Source: Pyrinomonadaceae bacterium (GTDB lineage: Bacteria; Acidobacteriota; Blastocatellia; Pyrinomonadales; Pyrinomonadaceae). From it: a stretch of DNA of 64,000 nucleotides. A program made the position numbers and the translations under genes. The notes below the pieces were generated by a model. The model saw only the letters and a program-made list of their open reading frames with translations, did not search any database and was not told the DNA's origin. Shown here in pieces: positions 59,828 to 64,000 of the stretch (positions are counted from its first letter, which is position 1; each line of letters begins with the position of its first letter). The DNA is taken from assembly GCA_025054715.1 (NCBI GenBank), contig JANWYH010000005.1, positions 32,335-96,334 of the forward strand, read 5' to 3'.

Positions 59828-60529
59828 TCAAACAGAGGGCTCTTGTGTAACTTCAACCGATTTAAGCCCTTTTCTCTTTCGCAAATACTTTTCTTTAAGA
59901 TACTCGTAAAATATCGGTGTAAGAGAAAGAAATATGACCACAGCTACAAGCTTTTCAATATGATCCTCGAGTTTTATACCAAAAATTCGCTCAACTGCCT
60001 CGCCCAAATAATATCCTGTAAGAAGCATGCTTACAATCCAAATGAATCCACCAGCTACGTTATAAATAAAAAAATCTCTATAACGCATATCAGCTGCACC
60101 GGCTACGATTGGGGCAAAGGTTCTCACTATAGGAACAAATCTCGCTAAAATAATAGTTTTGCCGCCGTGTCTTTTATAAAACTCATGCGCACGCTGAAGA
60201 TGTTTCGGATTAAAGAACCTAGACTTCGGACGCTTAAATATAGCAGGTCCTATTTTTTTACCCGAATAGTAGCCGACAGCATCTCCCGTAACTGCAGCTA
60301 TAAAAAGAGTAATCATCATTATCCAAAGATCAAGCTTTCCGGCAGCCGCAAAAAGTCCAGCTACTACGAGAAGCGAATCACCCGGTAGAAAAAACCCTAT
60401 GGCAAGACCAGTCTCAGCAAAAATAATAAGAAAAAGCCCAACATAAGCAAAGGCACCAAGCCAACCGAGAAGTGTTTCAATTATTACTTTCGGATTAAGA
60501 TAGTGCAGAAGGTCGTTCAAAAACTCCAT
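59828..60529 (-). CDS. DedA family (SNARE-associated) inner-membrane protein
   Basis: 233 aa. Shows the FFLPGDSLLVVAG motif, GKTIILARFVPIVRTF and a hydrophobic profile. Confidence 0.85.
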   Translation of the reverse strand: MEFLNDLLHYLNPKVIIETLLGWLGAFAYVGLFLIIFAETGLAIGFFLPGDSLLVVAGLFAAAGKLDLWIMMITLFIAAVTGDAVGYYSGKKIGPAIFKRPKSRFFNPKHLQRAHEFYKRHGGKTIILARFVPIVRTFAPIVAGAADMRYRDFFIYNVAGGFIWIVSMLLTGYYLGEAVERIFGIKLEDHIEKLVAVVIFLSLTPIFYEYLKEKYLRKRKGLKSVEVTQEPSV

Positions 60530-60576
60530 AATTTTCAGGATAAAATATCTTTCCGATTTTTAAAAGAAAGAAAATT

Positions 60577-61257
60577 TCACTTCCAACCATGCTCACCAAT
60601 TAACGGAACAAAAGCGCAAGCACCGAAATCTTCATAAGTGAAATCCACTTGTGTTCTCGTTATGCGTATAAGCCTTTGTGCTTGTTTTTCAAAACCTACA
60701 GGTAGAATCATCTTGCCGCCAATTTTCAATTGTGATAGAAGTGGCTCAGGTATTTTAGGACTTCCAGCAGTAACTATTATCGCATCAAAAGGAGCATAAA
60801 TTTCCCAGCCAAGTGTTCCGTCACCACAACGAATAACTACATTTAAGAATCCAAGTGACCTAAGCCTTTTTTCAGCCTCTTCGGCAAGCTGTGGTACTCT
60901 CTCAATTGAATACACTGACCTGGCAAGAGACGCTAAAATAGCAGTTTGATAACCAGACCCGGTTCCTATCTCTAAAACTCTATAGTTAGGTTCTATTTGA
61001 AGTAGCTCCGTCATCTTTGCAACTATGTAAGGTTGAGAAATCGTCTGACCTGCTGCTATCGGTAAAGCATTATCCTTGTAAGCTTGGGATTTCAAGGCTT
61101 CAGGAACGAAAAGCTCTCTTGGCACTTGTTGCATCACTCGAAGAACTCTTTCATCCTGAATATGATAGTGTGACATTAGATGCTCAACCATTTTTGAGCG
61201 AAGAATGGCAAATTCTTCACTTTGAGGCTTATCTTGAGAAAAGATTTTTTCTTTCAC
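60577..61257 (-). CDS. pcm: Protein-L-isoaspartate O-methyltransferase
   Basis: 226 aa. Shows GQTISQPYIVAKMTELL and the VLEIGTGSGYQTA SAM motif. Confidence 0.92.
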   Translation of the reverse strand: MKEKIFSQDKPQSEEFAILRSKMVEHLMSHYHIQDERVLRVMQQVPRELFVPEALKSQAYKDNALPIAAGQTISQPYIVAKMTELLQIEPNYRVLEIGTGSGYQTAILASLARSVYSIERVPQLAEEAEKRLRSLGFLNVVIRCGDGTLGWEIYAPFDAIIVTAGSPKIPEPLLSQLKIGGKMILPVGFEKQAQRLIRITRTQVDFTYEDFGACAFVPLIGEHGWK

Positions 61258-61301
61258 TGCAAAGAAATTATAGGTTTAAGAGAGAAAAAATGAAAGACTA
61301 G

Positions 61302-62054
61302 TCAAACTATAAGCCGATCCCAAGATTTTAGGGCTTCAAACGCTTTATAATCCGTAAGATCACTTTTCATCGGAGTAATAGAAACATAACCTTCCTCTAC
61401 GGCTTCAAAGTCGGTGTTTCCTTCACGATAATAGCCGTTTCTTTCTTCACCAATCCAATAATAAGGCTTTCCTCTTGGGTCTGTGTGCTCGTAGATTATA
61501 GGTCTAGCGTTCTTCAGCCCTTGTTTCGTGATCCTTACTCCGAGAGGTTTGCCTATGGGTATATTAACATTCAGAAGCGTGCCCTGAGGCAAGCCCTCTT
61601 CTAAAACTTTAAGAGCTATCTCTCTCGCTACACGGGCCGCCTCTGTAAAATCCTCATCATTGTTGCTAGTAAGACTAAATGCCAAGGCTGGCACCCCCAA
61701 AATTGCTGCTTCCATGGCACCTGCAACCGTTCCTGAATAGGTTGCATCATCACCAAGATTCGATCCGTGATTTATTCCTGATGCGCACAAATGAGGTCTT
61801 AATTCAGGTGGAATGATTTTGTTTATAGCAAGCGTCACACAATCCGTAGGAGTGCCATCAACAGTCCAACGCCTTTCACCTACTTGTCGAATCCTTAAGG
61901 GTCTAGATATTGTGAGGCTATGTGACGCAGCGGACATTTCGGACTCGGGAGCAACAACGAAAACCTCGCCAATTTCCCTCAATGCGCTTTCTAGAGCGTT
62001 TATCCCTGCCGAATGAATGCCATCATCATTTGTGACCAAGATTCTAAAAGACAT
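61302..62054 (-). CDS. surE: 5'/3'-nucleotidase SurE
   Basis: 250 aa with the ILVTNDDGIHSAGI N-terminus and SGINHGSNLG motif, in the classic surE-pcm arrangement. Confidence 0.92.
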   Translation of the reverse strand: MSFRILVTNDDGIHSAGINALESALREIGEVFVVAPESEMSAASHSLTISRPLRIRQVGERRWTVDGTPTDCVTLAINKIIPPELRPHLCASGINHGSNLGDDATYSGTVAGAMEAAILGVPALAFSLTSNNDEDFTEAARVAREIALKVLEEGLPQGTLLNVNIPIGKPLGVRITKQGLKNARPIIYEHTDPRGKPYYWIGEERNGYYREGNTDFEAVEEGYVSITPMKSDLTDYKAFEALKSWDRLIV

Positions 62055-62056
62055 TC

Positions 62057-62263
62057 CTAGCCTTGCCCATTTTGTAGCTTCTTGTTACGCTTTCTGTTGC
62101 GTTTCCGAGCAAGTGCCGATTTAAGTTTTCTCTTCTGACTGGGCGAGATGTAATGAGCATGCTTTTTTAAATCCTTTATGATCTCTTCACTTATCACCTT
62201 ACGCTTGAAGCGCCTAAGAGCACTCTCAATTGATTCACCTGGTTCTAAAACTATGTAAGCCAT
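62057..62263 (-). CDS. rpsU: 30S ribosomal protein S21
   Basis: 68 aa. Shows ESIESALRRFKRKV...HAHYISPSQKRKLKSALARKRNRK. Confidence 0.9.
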   Translation of the reverse strand: MAYIVLEPGESIESALRRFKRKVISEEIIKDLKKHAHYISPSQKRKLKSALARKRNRKRNKKLQNGQG

Positions 62264-62385
62264 CCTTCTTTTCTCAAACTCCTCAGTAAAGATTTTCTAA
62301 CGAAAGCCGAAAGTAAAATTAAACAACATACGAAACACTAAAGGCAAGTTTGCCAAGCTAATTTTTCTACGACGAGAAAAACTTA

Positions 62386-62414
62386 AAGAGCCTACTCAAA
62401 ATGAGTAGGCTCTT
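62386..62414 (-). terminator. Intrinsic terminator downstream of the radical SAM gene
   Basis: The minus-strand RNA reads AAGAGCCUACUCA-UUU-UGAGUAGGCUCUU followed by UAAGUUUUU, about 25 nt after the stop at 62438. Confidence 0.65.
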
Positions 62415-62437
62415 CGGTTGAAAACTTTGGGAGAAAA

Positions 62438-64000
62438 CTAAGCTATTTCTACCTTTTTCTTTCTCTTCAAGCCTGTTATCTGAACAAGCTCTTGTCCTTT
62501 TATATTATTTTTTTCGAGCACCATCTTCTGGTAGAGCTTGCGCATCATCTGCAGTTCTTCAGCAGCAGTTTTTGGTCCTTCCATAGTTGGTTTATTTGGT
62601 CTTTGTAGGTCAATTTCGTTTAGAACAAGGCTGTGCTTAGTATCTTCAAGAGGCACATTCTTACCCTTAGCATAAATTTCATGTCTTCCATACTTTTTAT
62701 ACCACTCAGCAACTGTAGCATTTTGGTGCATATGTTCAATTATCTGTCTCCATCCAATCCCTGTATTATAAGCACAGAAGCTTATTTCACCTTCCTGAGT
62801 TCCGTAAGGAATTATGCACATTTCAGTTCTACGGAAGTCGTAATTAAACAAGTCTTGAAACCACATTCCAGCAATAAACAAGAAATTCCATGGGTCTTGA
62901 CGACGCTTTTGAATGTCCTCGAAAGTCCTGTCAGGGCCAACCTTTCCGTAATCTTTACCTGTCAACCCAAAAGATTTATCAAACTTCTTAAAGATATCAA
63001 TCAGTGTAAGGCTTCGTGGAGCTCCGTAAGGATTGTAATTTTTCAAAAGAGCAAGCGCCATCATGAAGTTCGAAAACCACTTGCCACGATTCGTATCAGT
63101 TATGTGCTGCATGTCTTTAACTAACTGCTTTATATTCAAAAACTGAGGCACTGGAGCCATTTCTTTTGTTTCTTTGTGAATCATAACAGCTGTCCCGACT
63201 CCACAGTTCGGGTGACAGCCACATGACACTTGCCCCCATTCGGCATCGGGACCGTGAACCATGTCAGCAAAATCCGCAAAAGCTCCCATCAGTGAAAGCG
63301 GGAACCAATCACGTGTAGGTTCTGTTATTCCAACCTGCTTTTTAACATCATGCGCAAGATGTGAAAGTGTATATCGCTGCTGAAGCCGTCTTTGCTCAGT
63401 TATGTGCTCGTCTCTACCGGTAAAAGAAACGGGTTGAAACGCCACAAATGCTATTTTCTTCGGATTTTCAAGGGCAAAACGAATAACTGAACCAACCTGA
63501 TCATTGTTTACGTTATTTACGATCGTAGTAACCAAAACAATCTCAACACCGGCTTCATGCAAGTTCTCAATAGCCTTCAGCTTAACATCAAAAAGATTCC
63601 CAACATGACGGTGAGAATTCGCATCGTTACCTATACCGTCAAATTGCAGATAAACAAATCTTAATCCAGCTTCAGCCGCTTCGCGACAAAATTCCTTCGA
63701 CTTTGCAAACTCAATTCCATTCGTAGCTGCCTGAACCGAATTGTAACCTACTTTTCGAGCATATCTTATGGCCTCTATGAAATGAGGCGAAAGCGTAGGC
63801 TCACCACCAGAAAACTGAACTGAAAGCTGGCGACGCGGCTTTATTTGAATGGCATTATCAAGTATTTCCTTTATGTCTTCCATCGAAAGCTCATGAACGA
63901 ATCCCACTTGGTTTGCATCCATAAAACAGGGATCGCACATCATGTTACATCGATTAGTAAGGTCAATCGTCAAAACAGCACCACGTCCATATTTGATCGA
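62438..64000 (-). CDS. Radical SAM protein, large COG1964-like type (possible tetraether/membrane-spanning lipid synthase Tes/GDGT-MAS homologue); N-terminus beyond the right edge
   Basis: The frame stays open upstream of the listed Met (SIKYGRGAVL precedes TIDLTNRCNMMCDPCF). It has the CxxxCxxC radical SAM motif and GGEPTL. Additional Cys motifs are SCGCHPNCG and MCIIPYGTQEGEISFCAYN. More than 520 aa are visible. The radical SAM call is firm; the Tes-like call is tentative. Confidence 0.85.
   Translation of the reverse strand, partial: SIKYGRGAVLTIDLTNRCNMMCDPCFMDANQVGFVHELSMEDIKEILDNAIQIKPRRQLSVQFSGGEPTLSPHFIEAIRYARKVGYNSVQAATNGIEFAKSKEFCREAAEAGLRFVYLQFDGIGNDANSHRHVGNLFDVKLKAIENLHEAGVEIVLVTTIVNNVNNDQVGSVIRFALENPKKIAFVAFQPVSFTGRDEHITEQRRLQQRYTLSHLAHDVKKQVGITEPTRDWFPLSLMGAFADFADMVHGPDAEWGQVSCGCHPNCGVGTAVMIHKETKEMAPVPQFLNIKQLVKDMQHITDTNRGKWFSNFMMALALLKNYNPYGAPRSLTLIDIFKKFDKSFGLTGKDYGKVGPDRTFEDIQKRRQDPWNFLFIAGMWFQDLFNYDFRRTEMCIIPYGTQEGEISFCAYNTGIGWRQIIEHMHQNATVAEWYKKYGRHEIYAKGKNVPLEDTKHSLVLNEIDLQRPNKPTMEGPKTAAEELQMMRKLYQKMVLEKNNIKGQELVQITGLKRKKKVEIA

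Overview
This 64-kb window is about 40% G+C by eye and is densely coding chromosomal DNA from a diderm bacterium. The gene content looks Acidobacteriota-like: a CarboxypepD_reg-type TonB receptor, a type IV pilin, DsbD and TolC. That lineage call is low confidence. All functional calls rest on motif and architecture recognition from the translations; no searches were run.

Most of the window is housekeeping:
- Central metabolism: pdhABC, gap-pgk, glnA.
- Cofactors and nucleotide-related genes: ribH, cdd, panD.
- Chromosome and translation: smc, recX, tsaD, rlmB, rpsU.
- Envelope and stress: alr, surE-pcm, htrA, yggS.
- Polyamines: a speA / deoxyhypusine-synthase-like / speB operon.
- Seven tRNA genes: Leu-CAA, Leu-CAG, a Cys-Gly-Ser cluster and Pro-CGG.

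I found no rRNA, CRISPR array, transposase or integrase.

The one clearly accessory segment is about 32.6-38.2 kb, between tolC and yggS/tRNA-Leu. It contains:
- a relatively G+C-rich zinc-ribbon SAM methyltransferase;
- an 'evolved' type VI secretion VgrG spike whose ~250-aa C-terminal extension carries an HExxH metallopeptidase-like motif;
- a small ORF overlapping the VgrG stop by 1 nt (candidate immunity protein);
- a PAAR tip protein interrupted by an alanine-rich insertion.

No T6SS sheath, tube or baseplate genes occur anywhere in the window, so this is an orphan spike/effector cassette and the best candidate for something new.

Other items worth a second look:
- a secreted M1-aminopeptidase homologue in which all three zinc ligands are substituted;
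- a Tes/GDGT-MAS-like radical SAM gene at the right edge;
- a truncated CheA-like kinase translationally coupled to ribH;
- a 638-bp ORF-free gap upstream of an NlpC/P60 gene;
- a perfect 36-nt palindrome inside the tRNA cluster.
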